Shown here: positions 1 to 9,925 of the stretch, in pieces
Numbering within the stretch: position 1 is the first letter of the stretch
Layout of the letters: each line of letters opens with the position of its first letter
Origin: Thermostichus sp. DRC_bins_24
Lineage (GTDB): Bacteria > Cyanobacteriota > Cyanobacteriia > Thermostichales > Thermostichaceae
Length of the DNA stretch: 64,000 nt
Assembly: GCA_039794845.1 (NCBI GenBank)
Contig: JAUQVK010000035.1
Coordinates: forward strand, 10,014-74,013
Direction: 5' to 3'
Program-made: the position numbers and the translations under genes
Notes under the pieces: generated by a model
Database searches by the model: none
Told to the model about the DNA's origin: nothing
Seen by the model: the letters and a program-made list of their open reading frames with translations, nothing else

Positions 1-2330
1 CGCCTGCGGATCAAACCCTGTTGCGCTTGGTGGCTGAACAGCTGATCTTGGCCATCACCCATTCCCGCCTCTACGAAAAAACTCAGCAGCAGGCCCGCCG
101 CGAGACCCTGTTGAATGAGTTGACTGCTCAGATTCGCACCTCTTTGGAGCCGCGCCAGGTGTTGTACTCCATCGTCCGGTCTTTGGAGGCAGCTTTGCAG
201 TTGGATGGGGGTGCACAGGGGTCGCCGGACGCCAGCAGCCGGGGATCCCGTGACCGCTGTGAGATTATCCTCTACCGCTCGCAGCCCAGTGTGCGGCAGG
301 ACTGGATCGAGCATTGCCACTCCTTTTTGCGCTGGATGGATACCCGACCCCTGGCGGATGGAACCCCCTTTGTAGAGGGGCTGGCCCAGATGCGGCAGCC
401 GGTGGTTTGGTCGGAGGGGATCTTTGTGCGTGGCTCAATGCAGGAGGATCCCCTCAAGGAAGTGCCGATTCCCTTTCATTCCTTCCGGGATCCGCGGCTG
501 GTACTGCATACTCCCCAGCTGGGGCAAGCGGGGGATGGTGCTCCGCCCCTTGCCGAGCAAGAACGCTTTTTGGAGGCCCGTTTGGAGTTTTGCCTCATGC
601 ACCCCGATACCTACGAGCTGTTGCGGCGGGGGGAACCGTTTCTCCTCAAGGATGCCCGGCGGGATCCCCTCTACCCGGATTTGGGCGAAGAGGTAACGGA
701 GCGGCTGCGCTACCTTTTCCAGGTGTTGGCCATTCGCAGCATGGCCCTGATCCCCATTCGTCAGGAGGGGGAGTTGATCGGCACAATTGCCCTGATCGCC
801 GATCCGCACCCGCGGGAGTTTCGCCCGGAGGAGCTGTCCTTGGCCATGGCGGTGGCGGAACAGGCGGGGATCGCCCTCAAACAGGCGCAGCTCTACGAAC
901 AAACCCGCATCTCTGCCCAACGGGAAAGCCTACTGCGTCAGATTGCCCAGCGCCTCAGTGGCACCTACGATCCTCAGCAGGTGGTGCAAATCGCCCTCGA
1001 GGGTATGGCGGATGCTCTGCAAATTAGCCAGTGTGACTTTATCGCCCTGCAGGATCCCTGTGCTGCGGGGTTGCCCGGTCGGAGGACACAGGATCAAGCC
1101 GCTGCGGATCCTTTGCCCCATTGGCCAACTCCCTCCGAACCCCTGAAGGTTCTACAAGAATATCGCCGTCAACCGGGGATCCCTTCTCATTTGGGGCAGA
1201 CGGTGCCTCCTGATTTGAATTGGCTGCTCCTGCTCAACTGCTATGGCAGCCGCGATACCCTCTTGATTCAGGATGTGAACCAGTTCCCGTTGCCCGCCCA
1301 AACCCGACGAAATCTGTTGCAGTCGGGGATCCGCTCTTTGTTGTGTGTGCCCATGACCACCGATGCCGACCAGATCGCGGGGGTACTCTGTGCCTTTACT
1401 CCACCGGAAGCCGCGGATGCCGGCGGTACCCTCACCCGTTCCGAAGGAACGGGCTTTTCCGAAAGCGAGACGGATTTGGTGAAGGCCTTGGCGGATATCG
1501 CAGCGGTGGCTTTGCAACGGGCCTTGTTTTACGAACGGGTGCGGCGGCAGGAAGCAACGGCAGCGGCCTTGCGGGGCCTCACGGAGGGGCGAGAGGCAGA
1601 AAGTCGGCGTTTGGCAGCGGATTTGCACGATCAAACCCTGGCGGATCTGGGGGCCTTGTCTCGCCAAATTCAGGAGCTTTCCTGCGATCCCACCATCGGT
1701 CAGTCGGGGCAGGATCGGTTGCAGGCCATGAGTGCCCAACTGCGGGAGACCATCGCTGAGCTGCGCGGAATTGTAGAAGACTTGCAGCCGACGGCAATGC
1801 GGGCCTTTAACCTCGGCCCCGCCCTGCGCAGCCTTCTGGAACGTGCCGCCCAACGCTCCGCCCATCCCCTTGTAACCCGCTTTGATGATCGGGCCAATGG
1901 GTTGCTGTCCCGTCTTAGCCCCGCTTGCCAGAGCAGCATTTTCCGCATCGTGCAAGAAGCCCTGAACAACATCGTCAAACATGCCGGGGCGCAGCGGATC
2001 GACATCACCATTCAGCCGAAGGCACTGGGCACCCGTCCGTCCGGGGGGTACGACTCAGGGGACGGTTCCTTGCCCGACCCTCGAGATCCCTACACCCACC
2101 TGGAGTTGAAGATCATCGACAATGGCCGGGGCATGCCGCAAGGTGACCCAGAGCTTGGGTCGCAAGGGGAGCCCAACCCAGAAACCCCCGGGCCGCGCAG
2201 TCATGGGCATGGCCTTCTAAATATGCGCTACCGGGCCGAGTTGATTGGGGCGACAATCGCCTGGCGTACTCGCCGCTTTGGCAGTGGCACTGTGGTGGAG
2301 TTGCTGATCCCTTTGCCCCCACCCCCCTGA
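1..2330 (+). CDS. Multi-GAF sensor histidine kinase, HisKA_3/HATPase_c type (5'-truncated by the window edge)
   Basis: Frame is open from the window start. Repeated GAF-end motifs (LAMAVAEQAGIALKQAQLYEQ; LADIAAVALQRALFYE), H-box LAADLHDQ, N-box FRIVQEALNNIVKHA, DNGRG and GHGLLNMRYRAELIGA. Confidence 0.9.
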   Translation, partial: PADQTLLRLVAEQLILAITHSRLYEKTQQQARRETLLNELTAQIRTSLEPRQVLYSIVRSLEAALQLDGGAQGSPDASSRGSRDRCEIILYRSQPSVRQDWIEHCHSFLRWMDTRPLADGTPFVEGLAQMRQPVVWSEGIFVRGSMQEDPLKEVPIPFHSFRDPRLVLHTPQLGQAGDGAPPLAEQERFLEARLEFCLMHPDTYELLRRGEPFLLKDARRDPLYPDLGEEVTERLRYLFQVLAIRSMALIPIRQEGELIGTIALIADPHPREFRPEELSLAMAVAEQAGIALKQAQLYEQTRISAQRESLLRQIAQRLSGTYDPQQVVQIALEGMADALQISQCDFIALQDPCAAGLPGRRTQDQAAADPLPHWPTPSEPLKVLQEYRRQPGIPSHLGQTVPPDLNWLLLLNCYGSRDTLLIQDVNQFPLPAQTRRNLLQSGIRSLLCVPMTTDADQIAGVLCAFTPPEAADAGGTLTRSEGTGFSESETDLVKALADIAAVALQRALFYERVRRQEATAAALRGLTEGREAESRRLAADLHDQTLADLGALSRQIQELSCDPTIGQSGQDRLQAMSAQLRETIAELRGIVEDLQPTAMRAFNLGPALRSLLERAAQRSAHPLVTRFDDRANGLLSRLSPACQSSIFRIVQEALNNIVKHAGAQRIDITIQPKALGTRPSGGYDSGDGSLPDPRDPYTHLELKIIDNGRGMPQGDPELGSQGEPNPETPGPRSHGHGLLNMRYRAELIGATIAWRTRRFGSGTVVELLIPLPPPP

Positions 2331-2480
2331 GGGATCCGTTGCCCACAAAGTAGCCGACGCATCATTCCCCGTTCCAACATGATTTATAGTCATTGAAGCT
2401 CTGGGGATCCCTGACCCGGCAAGCCCCAAAGCGAGGAGCACCTGCCATCTGTCAATGCCGGGTTGTGAGGAGAAGCATCT

Positions 2481-3551
2481 GTGACCTACCGTGTAACTTT
2501 GATCCCTGGGGATGGTATCGGCCCGGAAGTGGCCAAAGCGATGACCACTGTACTGGATGCTACCGGGATCCCGTTTGAATGGATCCCGGTGGATGCGGGG
2601 GTGGATGTGATCGAAAAATACGGCACCCCCTTGCCGCCGCAGGTGTTGGAGTCGATTCGAGAAACCCAACTGGCGATCAAAGGCCCGATTGGCACGCCTG
2701 TGGGCACGGGTTTTCGCTCGGTAAATGTGGCGATTCGCAAGGAGCTGGATCTGTATGCCAACCTGCGCCCCGCCAAATCCATGATCGGGGTGAAAAGCCC
2801 TTTCCAAAACATCGACCTGGTGGTGGTGCGGGAAAACACCGAGGATCTCTACGCGGGCATTGAATTTGAGCACGGCACGCCCGAAGCCATCCAGGCGCGG
2901 GAACAGATGATGCAACTGTCTGGCAAACCCATCCGCGAGGGATCCGCCATCGGCATTAAACCGATCTCAGATTTTGGCAGCCGCCGCATTGTGAAATTTG
3001 CCTTCGACTATGCTCGACAGAATGGCCGCAAAAAGGTGACGGCTGTTCACAAGGCCAACATCATGAAGTTCACCGATGGCCTGTTTCTGGAGGTGGCGCG
3101 GGATGTGGCCAAGGAGTATCCCGACATCGAATTCGAGGATCGCATCGTGGATAACATGTGCATGCAGTTGATGCAGAAGCCGGAACTCTACGATGTGTTG
3201 GTGCTAACCAATCTCTACGGTGACATCATTTCCGATTTGTGCGCGGGCATGATCGGCGGCTTGGGGGTGGCGCCTGGGGCCAATATCGGCGATGGCATGG
3301 CGGTGTTCGAGGCGATCCATGGCTCTGCACCGAAATATGCCGGCCAAAATAAGGTGAACCCGGTGGCTTTGATCCTTTCGGGGGTGATGATGTTGCGCTA
3401 CCTCGGGGAACGTGAGGCTGCCGAAAAGGTGGAGGCGGCAGTTCAGGCGGTGATTGCAGAGGGCAAGCGGGTCACCTACGATCTGGCCAAAGGGGATCCC
3501 GTCGGTACCCAAGAGATGGCCGAAGCAATCGCGGAGCGGGTAGCCGCTTAG
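2481..3551 (+). CDS. Isocitrate/isopropylmalate dehydrogenase family protein, probably NAD-type isocitrate dehydrogenase
   Basis: [57 protein letters not shown] motifs; GTG start after AGGAG. Confidence 0.9.
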   Translation: MTYRVTLIPGDGIGPEVAKAMTTVLDATGIPFEWIPVDAGVDVIEKYGTPLPPQVLESIRETQLAIKGPIGTPVGTGFRSVNVAIRKELDLYANLRPAKSMIGVKSPFQNIDLVVVRENTEDLYAGIEFEHGTPEAIQAREQMMQLSGKPIREGSAIGIKPISDFGSRRIVKFAFDYARQNGRKKVTAVHKANIMKFTDGLFLEVARDVAKEYPDIEFEDRIVDNMCMQLMQKPELYDVLVLTNLYGDIISDLCAGMIGGLGVAPGANIGDGMAVFEAIHGSAPKYAGQNKVNPVALILSGVMMLRYLGEREAAEKVEAAVQAVIAEGKRVTYDLAKGDPVGTQEMAEAIAERVAA

Positions 3552-3616
3552 CCATAGCCGCCAAAGTTCCGGGTTGGGTTTGTTAGGCTGGGATCCCTAG
3601 GGATCCGGTTGTACCC

Positions 3617-4090
3617 ATGTTGAGTCCTGCGTTTGCCGATGACTTCTCCTCTAGCTTGAAGATCGGCCAAGTGGCGCTGGCGGCGGGTTTGCCCGTGCGG
3701 ACGGTGCGCTACTACGAGTCGATCGGCTTGCTAGACCCGACGGTGGAACGGGCGGAGTCTAACTATCGCTTATTTGCCCCGGCGGTACTGGGGCGTTTGG
3801 CCTTTATCCGCCGTTGCCAAAGCTTGGGCCTGAGCCTGGAGGAGATCCGCGACATTCTCCGGATCCATGACCAAGGGGAACTGCCCTGCCAAGACCTTCG
3901 GGATCATCTGCAGGACAAGCTCCAAGAGATCGAACAGCGGATTGCCGATCTGCAAACCCTGAAGGGCCAAATTCAAAGCCTACTCTCGGACTGGCGCATC
4001 CCGCAGGGATCCCCGGCTGAAAACACCGTCATCTGCCCGATTTTGCAAAGCCCCGTTCGCGCCAGCGAGACGGAGTTCTTCGCCAGCTAG
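3617..4090 (+). CDS. MerR-family heavy-metal-responsive transcriptional regulator
   Basis: LKIGQVA...TVRYYESIGLL...NYRLF HTH; LGLSLEEIRDIL; Cys residues (LPC, VICPIL). Confidence 0.9.
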   Translation: MLSPAFADDFSSSLKIGQVALAAGLPVRTVRYYESIGLLDPTVERAESNYRLFAPAVLGRLAFIRRCQSLGLSLEEIRDILRIHDQGELPCQDLRDHLQDKLQEIEQRIADLQTLKGQIQSLLSDWRIPQGSPAENTVICPILQSPVRASETEFFAS

Positions 4091-4195
4091 GTTTGGGGGC
4101 GCGCCATCTTTGAGTTAAGCATCATTAGTTAAGCATCATTTCAGCTTCTATTTTTTGGTGCTGAACCAAGGTTGAAAGGTCAAAAGAAGTACGAT

Positions 4196-4290
4196 TGTGT
4201 TTCTTAGGGTTGTTCTATTACTGCTCCCTCTGGTCGCCCGCTGCCTCACCACCCCCTAACCCCTTCGGGGTATAGGCGGAGCACTGCAAC
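4196..4290. repeat. Dispersed ~95 bp repeat related to 61827-61932
   Basis: Both sites share TGTTTCTTAG-N10/11-TTACTGCTCCCTC..TCGC.CGCTGC..CACCCCC(T)AACC..TAT.GGCG.AG in the same order. Confidence 0.6.
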
Positions 4291-4432
4291 GGATCTTGGT
4301 AGAGTTATTAGAAACAAATGCCTAACCACGCTCCTGCACGCCGACCGCTGGGTTTGTCGGTTACGGGCTCAAGGAGATCCATAGCAGGTGATGGACAACG
4401 TTGACCCTCCGGGTCGTGCGGAGCACGGCCAG

Positions 4433-6307
4433 CTACTCCACCGTCACCGATTTCGCCAAATTGCGGGGTTGATCCACATCCGCCCCCCGACGCAAAGCCA
4501 TCGCATAAGAGAACAACTGTAACGGGATCGTATTCAAGATCGCCGACAGCAGTGGTGTGGTGCTGGGAACTTCGATGATGTGGTCGGCTTTTTCCCGCAC
4601 CTGCGTGTCTTCGGGATTGATCAGGGCGATCACCCGTCCCCCCCGTGCCCTCACCTGTTCGATGTTGGAGAGCATTTTTTCGTAGACGGGATCCCGGGTG
4701 GCAATACAGACCACAGGCATGCGCTCGTCGATGAGGGCAATCGGCCCGTGTTTCATTTCTCCCGCCGGGTAGCCTTCTGCGTGGATGTAGCTGATCTCTT
4801 TCATTTTCAGGGCCCCTTCAAGGGCAATCGGCGCATTCACCCAGCGGCCCAGGTAGAGCATATCCGTAACGTGGTGGTACTGATCCGCCAAGTAGTCGTA
4901 GAGGGTGGTGTCTTTCAGAAGCAGGCTAATTTTGCCCGGTAGCTCGATCACCGATTGCAGGTGGGTTTGTATTTGGGCCGGGGTGAGGATCCCTTTTGCT
5001 TGGGCGATCTGTAAAGCCAACAGGTACCCCGCCGTCAACATGCCCGTAAACACTTTGGTGGAGGCAACGGCGATCTCTGGCCCTGAGTGAATGTAGATTA
5101 CCCCCCCATCCGCCAGGCGGCTGGCCTGGGATCCGATGGCGTTCAAAATACCCAATGTTGGGATCCCTTGCTCACGAGCCTCCGCCATGGCTGCCAAGGT
5201 ATCGACGGTCTCTCCCGACTGGGTCAGGGCCAGCAACAGGCTGGTTGGCTCCTCCGCATGGTTCGTCTGAACAGGCCGTAAGACAGGGTTGCGGTAGCGA
5301 AACTCCGAGGCATAGTCCACCTCCACACGGGTACGGGCAAGGCTCTCGATGAAATATTTGATTACCAGGCAGGCGTGCCAAGCGGTGCCACAGGCCACGG
5401 CATAAATGTGCTCCACCTTGGCCAGTTGCGCCTCCGAAAGGGCTAGCCCCTCCAGCGTGACCCGACCATGCTCAAGATCCACCCGGCCTCGCAGGGTATC
5501 GGTGGTGGTGCGGGGTTGCTCGAAGATCTCCTTTTGCATGAAATGCTTGTAGCCGCCCTTGGCTGCGGAGATCGGATCCCAGGCAACGGTGGTGCTGCTT
5601 TTGCGCAGTTCTTCGCCGGTAATGCGCTGGTAACGTACGCTCGATTCGGTAAGGATGGCCATTTCCCCATCTTCCAAAAACACCACCTTGCGGGTATGGC
5701 GCACAATGGCGGGCAGATCCGAAGCCACGAAGTTTTCCCCTTCCCCTTCCCCAACCACTACAGCTCCGGCATTGCCCAAGCGAGCGGCGATCAGCCGATC
5801 CGGCGATTCCCGATCCAGGGCTACCACGGCATTGCCCCCGCGCAGTTGCCTCATCACCTGGCCGAAGGCCGCCTCAAAGGATCCCAGTTCTTCGGTGTAG
5901 AGGCCGAGCAGATGGGCGATCACTTCCGTATCGGTTTGGGAACGAAACGGGATCCCACGCGCCAGCAGGTGTTCTTTCAGCTCCAGGTAGTTCTCAACAA
6001 TGCCGTTTTGGATCACCACAATGCGGCCCCGCTCATCGCAGTGGGGGTGGGCATTCTCCTCGGTAACACCGCCATGGGTGGCCCAGCGGGTATGGCCGAT
6101 CCCCAATTTGGCCGTGGGCATATCGGCGGTGAGCTTCACCAGCAGATTGTGCAGTTTTCCGGTGGAACGGGCGATTTTCAGCCCCTGCTCAGGATCGACA
6201 GTGGCAATTCCGGCGGAGTCGTAGCCTCGATATTCTAGGGTGCGCAAGCCCTCCAACAGGATCGGAGCAGCCCACTGAAAGCCGACATAGCCGACAATGC
6301 CGCACAT
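4433..6307 (-). CDS. glmS: Glutamine--fructose-6-phosphate aminotransferase
   Basis: MCGIVG N-terminus, EYRGYDSAG, GHTRWATHG, QSGET, EGALKMKEISYIHAEG, C-terminal DQPRNLAKSVTVE. Confidence 0.98.
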   Translation of the reverse strand: MCGIVGYVGFQWAAPILLEGLRTLEYRGYDSAGIATVDPEQGLKIARSTGKLHNLLVKLTADMPTAKLGIGHTRWATHGGVTEENAHPHCDERGRIVVIQNGIVENYLELKEHLLARGIPFRSQTDTEVIAHLLGLYTEELGSFEAAFGQVMRQLRGGNAVVALDRESPDRLIAARLGNAGAVVVGEGEGENFVASDLPAIVRHTRKVVFLEDGEMAILTESSVRYQRITGEELRKSSTTVAWDPISAAKGGYKHFMQKEIFEQPRTTTDTLRGRVDLEHGRVTLEGLALSEAQLAKVEHIYAVACGTAWHACLVIKYFIESLARTRVEVDYASEFRYRNPVLRPVQTNHAEEPTSLLLALTQSGETVDTLAAMAEAREQGIPTLGILNAIGSQASRLADGGVIYIHSGPEIAVASTKVFTGMLTAGYLLALQIAQAKGILTPAQIQTHLQSVIELPGKISLLLKDTTLYDYLADQYHHVTDMLYLGRWVNAPIALEGALKMKEISYIHAEGYPAGEMKHGPIALIDERMPVVCIATRDPVYEKMLSNIEQVRARGGRVIALINPEDTQVREKADHIIEVPSTTPLLSAILNTIPLQLFSYAMALRRGADVDQPRNLAKSVTVE

Positions 6308-6630
6308 GATTCCACCTCACCTCAACCGGAATATCCCCCAAGTGACCCGGAACCCCGGTCACCAAAGCCTATCGCAGCTCCGGGATCCCTTCAATGGCCT
6401 TCGCCGTACTCAGGGGTGGAATGCCCTTCTGGACTCTGCCCAGCGCTCTGTTCAAATCGAGAGGGCATCAAAAGGGAGACTCGTTTGAGCCGTCCCGGCG
6501 GGCTGCCCACGTTTGATCTCAGATGATCTCAGAGTGGTTGTTGGTCGATGCTCACCTGAGTGGGGTGTCGGTTGGAACAGATAGAACAGATAGTTAGAGA
6601 TTTCAAATGTGGGGAATGAGCTCTTATCCC

Positions 6631-7176
6631 TCACCCTTTTGAGGAGCGCTCCAGCCGTGTCCGGTGGGGATCCGAAATTTCTGCCTTGACGCTGCGAAAA
6701 TCCACCCGCTCGGTGTAGCGATCAAATTCTTCGTCGGTGAGGTTGGCGCTGGCATAGTAACCTGCTGTTACATCGCTGCTGAAGATGATGATGTCGCCGT
6801 GAGCCAGATCGTGGGCCTGGACGCGGTGCCCATTAACGGTGATGCCGTTGGTGCTGCGCTTACCTTCCAGGTTGCCATCGATAATGCGGAATTGATATCC
6901 CTTGCCTCTTGGCCCTGGCATGCGCAGCAGAATGGCGTGTTGGCGAGAGACAAAGTTGGAATTGAGCAGGATGGCGCTGGCGGGATCCCGTCCGATGGAA
7001 TAAGTGGCCGCCTCGAGGGAGATGGTGCGCCGTCCCTTGGTATCTTCCACCACCAAGACGTGACGAACCTGTCGGCGTTGGCCCTGGGTATCGCTTTCTT
7101 TGTCGAGGGGCGCCACATTCACTCCTAACAGAAGCACGGGATCCCAAGCGGATTGGGAATGCCTTGTTTGTATCAT
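6631..7176 (-). CDS. FHA-domain protein
   Basis: YSIGRD...VSRQHA...STNGITVNG...LAHGDII FHA signature. Confidence 0.9.
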   Translation of the reverse strand: MIQTRHSQSAWDPVLLLGVNVAPLDKESDTQGQRRQVRHVLVVEDTKGRRTISLEAATYSIGRDPASAILLNSNFVSRQHAILLRMPGPRGKGYQFRIIDGNLEGKRSTNGITVNGHRVQAHDLAHGDIIIFSSDVTAGYYASANLTDEEFDRYTERVDFRSVKAEISDPHRTRLERSSKG

Positions 7177-7347
7177 TATCGACGTTCGCCCTCCAAGCCA
7201 TTAGCTTGATAGTGGCAAGTCCAGCCTTGGAGGAGTGGTGATCTGGATCGCTTGTCCGGTTGGGTTTTGGCCAGATCTGCTCGAGCTTCCCTAGATAGGA
7301 CAACGTCTCTGTATAGGTATTAAACTCTACATCCTCTGCACCTTCAC

Positions 7348-8124
7348 ATGGTTCCTTTTCGGCGGCGCGCCTTGAGACTTTGGGTGATGGGCTGGGCGAT
7401 GGCCCTGGCTTGGGTGGTGGGGGGCTGGGGATCCCTGCCGTTTTGGGCTCCCCATAGCTTTGGGATGGAAACGTTGCAGGCCCAGGCTCAAACTCAGGCA
7501 CTGCCGGAGCCGGTTCGCCTGGAATTACCCCCGGGCTTGGCTCGTTACACCTACGATACGTCGGTGGGGGATTATCTGGAGGAGATCGACCTACGTCTGC
7601 CGGGAGGGGCCTATGTGCAGTGGGCGATTTACCCCATTCCGGTCTACATCCAAGCGGATCACCCCCAGTGGAAAACCTTTGTGGAACAGGCGGTGAAGGA
7701 ATGGGCGGTCTACATCCCGATGAGAGTGGTAGCCAAAGAGGAAGATGCTTTTTACGGGCTGAGCATTTACCGTGTCCCTCCGATTGGAGGTGGGGTGGCA
7801 GGGGCAGCCCGTCCGGAGTTTTTCTTCGCTTCTGATGGTTCTTTGCAGCAGCGGGTGCGCATCATCATCGGGGAGGGGCAGGGGTTGGCGGAGGTGACGG
7901 CGGTAGCCCGACATGAGATCGGCCACGGATTGGGGTTGTGGGGGCATAGCCCGAATGTGCGGGATCTGATGTTTGGAGGGCACCATGCGGCGGCCACGGG
8001 CAATCGGCGGGTGCTGCGCCTACCCAAGATCACCAACCGCGACCTGAACACCCTGAAGCGGGTTTACGAACAACCGACGTTGATTGGACGGGTGTTTCCC
8101 GAGGCTTATCGCCGTTTGTTTTAA
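7348..8124 (+). CDS. Secreted zinc metallopeptidase (matrixin/M10-like); start uncertain
   Basis: HEIGHGLGLWGH (HExxHxxGxxH) plus downstream DLM Met-turn; hydrophobic N-terminal signal. Confidence 0.85.
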   Translation: MVPFRRRALRLWVMGWAMALAWVVGGWGSLPFWAPHSFGMETLQAQAQTQALPEPVRLELPPGLARYTYDTSVGDYLEEIDLRLPGGAYVQWAIYPIPVYIQADHPQWKTFVEQAVKEWAVYIPMRVVAKEEDAFYGLSIYRVPPIGGGVAGAARPEFFFASDGSLQQRVRIIIGEGQGLAEVTAVARHEIGHGLGLWGHSPNVRDLMFGGHHAAATGNRRVLRLPKITNRDLNTLKRVYEQPTLIGRVFPEAYRRLF

Positions 8125-9353
8125 GGGTCTACTCCCTGTTGATCCTGCTGATCCAGAGCACGACTGAGCCAGCGATCCGCCAGCATCAGGGCGCGTGGCA
8201 CATGGAAGCAGCCTTTGTAGGGGCCGCCCTTGAACCGCTGCGAGACCCGTCCTTGTCGATCCAGATAGCCAAACCACTCCCCGTATTCGGGATCCGGAAA
8301 ATGGGCAAAGGTATAGTCGGCGACTTGCTCAAAACGTCGCCACCACTCCAGGGATCCGGTGGTCACAAAAGCCGCTAGCGTCGCCACCAGAGCCTCACAA
8401 TGGGGCCACCACAGCTTCAGGCTCCACTCCAGTTGCACCGGGGAATAGCCCTCCCGATCCAGAAAATAAAATAGCCCGCCCTCCTCGGGATCCCACCCCA
8501 CCTGCAGGGACCAGGCGATCATCTCCAAGGCCATGGTTTGCAGGGATCCCTCCAGAGCCCCCGTCCGTTCCCCGTACTCCAGCAAAAACCAGCCGGCTTC
8601 AATGGCATGGCCGGGGTTGAGCAGCCGCCCTTCGGGAGAGTTCAGTAGGGATCCGTCGAGGGCGACGGTTTCTAGAACCAGCCTCAATTCTGGGCGATGG
8701 TGCAGCCGGATACGGGCCAAACACCACTGCTCCTGTTCCGGGTAGGAGCCCGCCAATTCCCCTATCACATTCAGCAAGATCATGGGAATGGCCAACTCGC
8801 TCACCGCAGGGGATCCCGGCCAACGGGGGCGGCCCAAGGGAAGGGGAGAAGACGGACTGTGACCTACCCAGCTCCAAATGGCAGCAAACATCTGTTCGGC
8901 TTCCTGTATCAGGCTGGGATCCCCGAACAAACGAGAGCACTCCGCCAGAGCCATCACATAAAAGCACTCCGAGAAAATCTTTCGCTGTAGGTAAATGGGC
9001 TGGCCCTCCCGGCTCAAGCAGAAATACACCCGCTGATCTTGGGGGCGATAGGCAAACCGACGCAAAAAATTCAGGCCCAACAGAGCAGCTTCCAGCCACC
9101 GCTGCCGCTCAGGGTGCTCAGGATACAGTCGGCAAAGACGAGCCAACATCCACACCTGTCGTCCCTGTAGCCAGACATATTTTTTATCGTCGTAGCGCTG
9201 GCCGTTGCGATCCAGGCAGTTGAAATAGCCGCCGCACTGCCGGTCAAGGGAGTAATTGAGCCAGAAGGGGATGACCTGTTGCCAGAGTTCCTGTCGGATG
9301 CGCTCTTGCCAAGTTTTCAGGGTAACGGACAGATTTGACACGGATTTGACCAA
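8121..9353 (-). CDS. AGE-family epimerase (N-acylglucosamine 2-epimerase-like)
   Basis: GGYFNCLDR, KYVWLQGRQVW, NPGHAIEAGWF, KLWWPHCE, GEWFGYL, YKGCFHVPR. Confidence 0.92.
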   Translation of the reverse strand: MVKSVSNLSVTLKTWQERIRQELWQQVIPFWLNYSLDRQCGGYFNCLDRNGQRYDDKKYVWLQGRQVWMLARLCRLYPEHPERQRWLEAALLGLNFLRRFAYRPQDQRVYFCLSREGQPIYLQRKIFSECFYVMALAECSRLFGDPSLIQEAEQMFAAIWSWVGHSPSSPLPLGRPRWPGSPAVSELAIPMILLNVIGELAGSYPEQEQWCLARIRLHHRPELRLVLETVALDGSLLNSPEGRLLNPGHAIEAGWFLLEYGERTGALEGSLQTMALEMIAWSLQVGWDPEEGGLFYFLDREGYSPVQLEWSLKLWWPHCEALVATLAAFVTTGSLEWWRRFEQVADYTFAHFPDPEYGEWFGYLDRQGRVSQRFKGGPYKGCFHVPRALMLADRWLSRALDQQDQQGVDP

Positions 9354-9381
9354 TTGGCCAACATCAAGAGGGCCTGCATCG

Positions 9382-9429
9382 AACTTACGTCTTAAAACTT
9401 ACATCTTTAAACTTTACATCTTTAAACTG
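9382..9429. repeat. Short AT-rich tandem repeat, about 3 copies of 14-15 bp
   Basis: aacttacgtcttaa / aacttacatcttta / aactttacatcttta / aact. Confidence 0.75.
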
Positions 9430-9462
9430 TGGTCTCCTGCTACGGGATCCTTCCGTAGGCTG

Positions 9463-9655
9463 CACAACCCTTTACGCCAAGGACACACCAGCGCGTTCGC
9501 CCATAGCGGCCCATAGGGCACCACCGGTCACATGGAACAACCGTGGAAGTTGAGATCCCCTCTCTAGAGGGATAGCCCTCCGGGCCCCGCAGCACCTCGC
9601 GGAGGGAAAACAGGAATCACAATCTCTACCGTAGAAAACCCACACAAGGGCTGTA
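9463..9655. mobile_element. Degenerate MITE copy (same family as 34379-34513) with internal insertions
   Basis: Right end CACAAGGGCTG-TA; degraded left end CACAACCCTTTAC; 38/46 identity to the 34379 copy over the 3' part; CCGGTCACATGGAACAACCGTGGAAGTTGA aligns to CTAGTCATATGTAACAGCTATGGAGGTTGA. Confidence 0.7.
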
Positions 9656-9779
9656 ATCTGTAGTCAAACCTCTAATTTTAGACCGCAATACTTCTTCTGT
9701 TAAGAAGGGTTAGCAACTCACCCGTTTTTTTGTATCATCTCTTTGCTTAAACCTGAAGAAATTGTTGGAGAAGGTCAGT

Positions 9780-9823
9780 CTTAAACTTCGCTTGGTCTGC
9801 TCTTAATCTTGAGCCACTAGCCT
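9780..9823 (+). promoter_or_regulatory. Pho box (SphR/PhoB site) with adjacent -10-like element upstream of phoX
   Basis: Three 8-mers at 11-bp period, CTTAAACT-tcg-CTTGGTCT-gct-CTTAATCT (9780-9809), matching the cyanobacterial YTTAAYYW repeat, followed by TAGCCT at 9818-9823. Confidence 0.8.
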
Positions 9824-9925
9824 TAGGGTGACCTATTGGATGTGTAATAAAAAAGCACATCAAGTTGGTGTTTTTTCTTGCAAAACATCCAAGCATCCAA
9901 GAGCTTGACAAGAGGAGAACTCGAC

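Noticed and set aside
6308..6630. Possible glmS ribozyme upstream of glmS
   Set aside because: Only a loose AGCGC match on the minus strand; the conserved GACGAGG and pseudoknot core is not visible.
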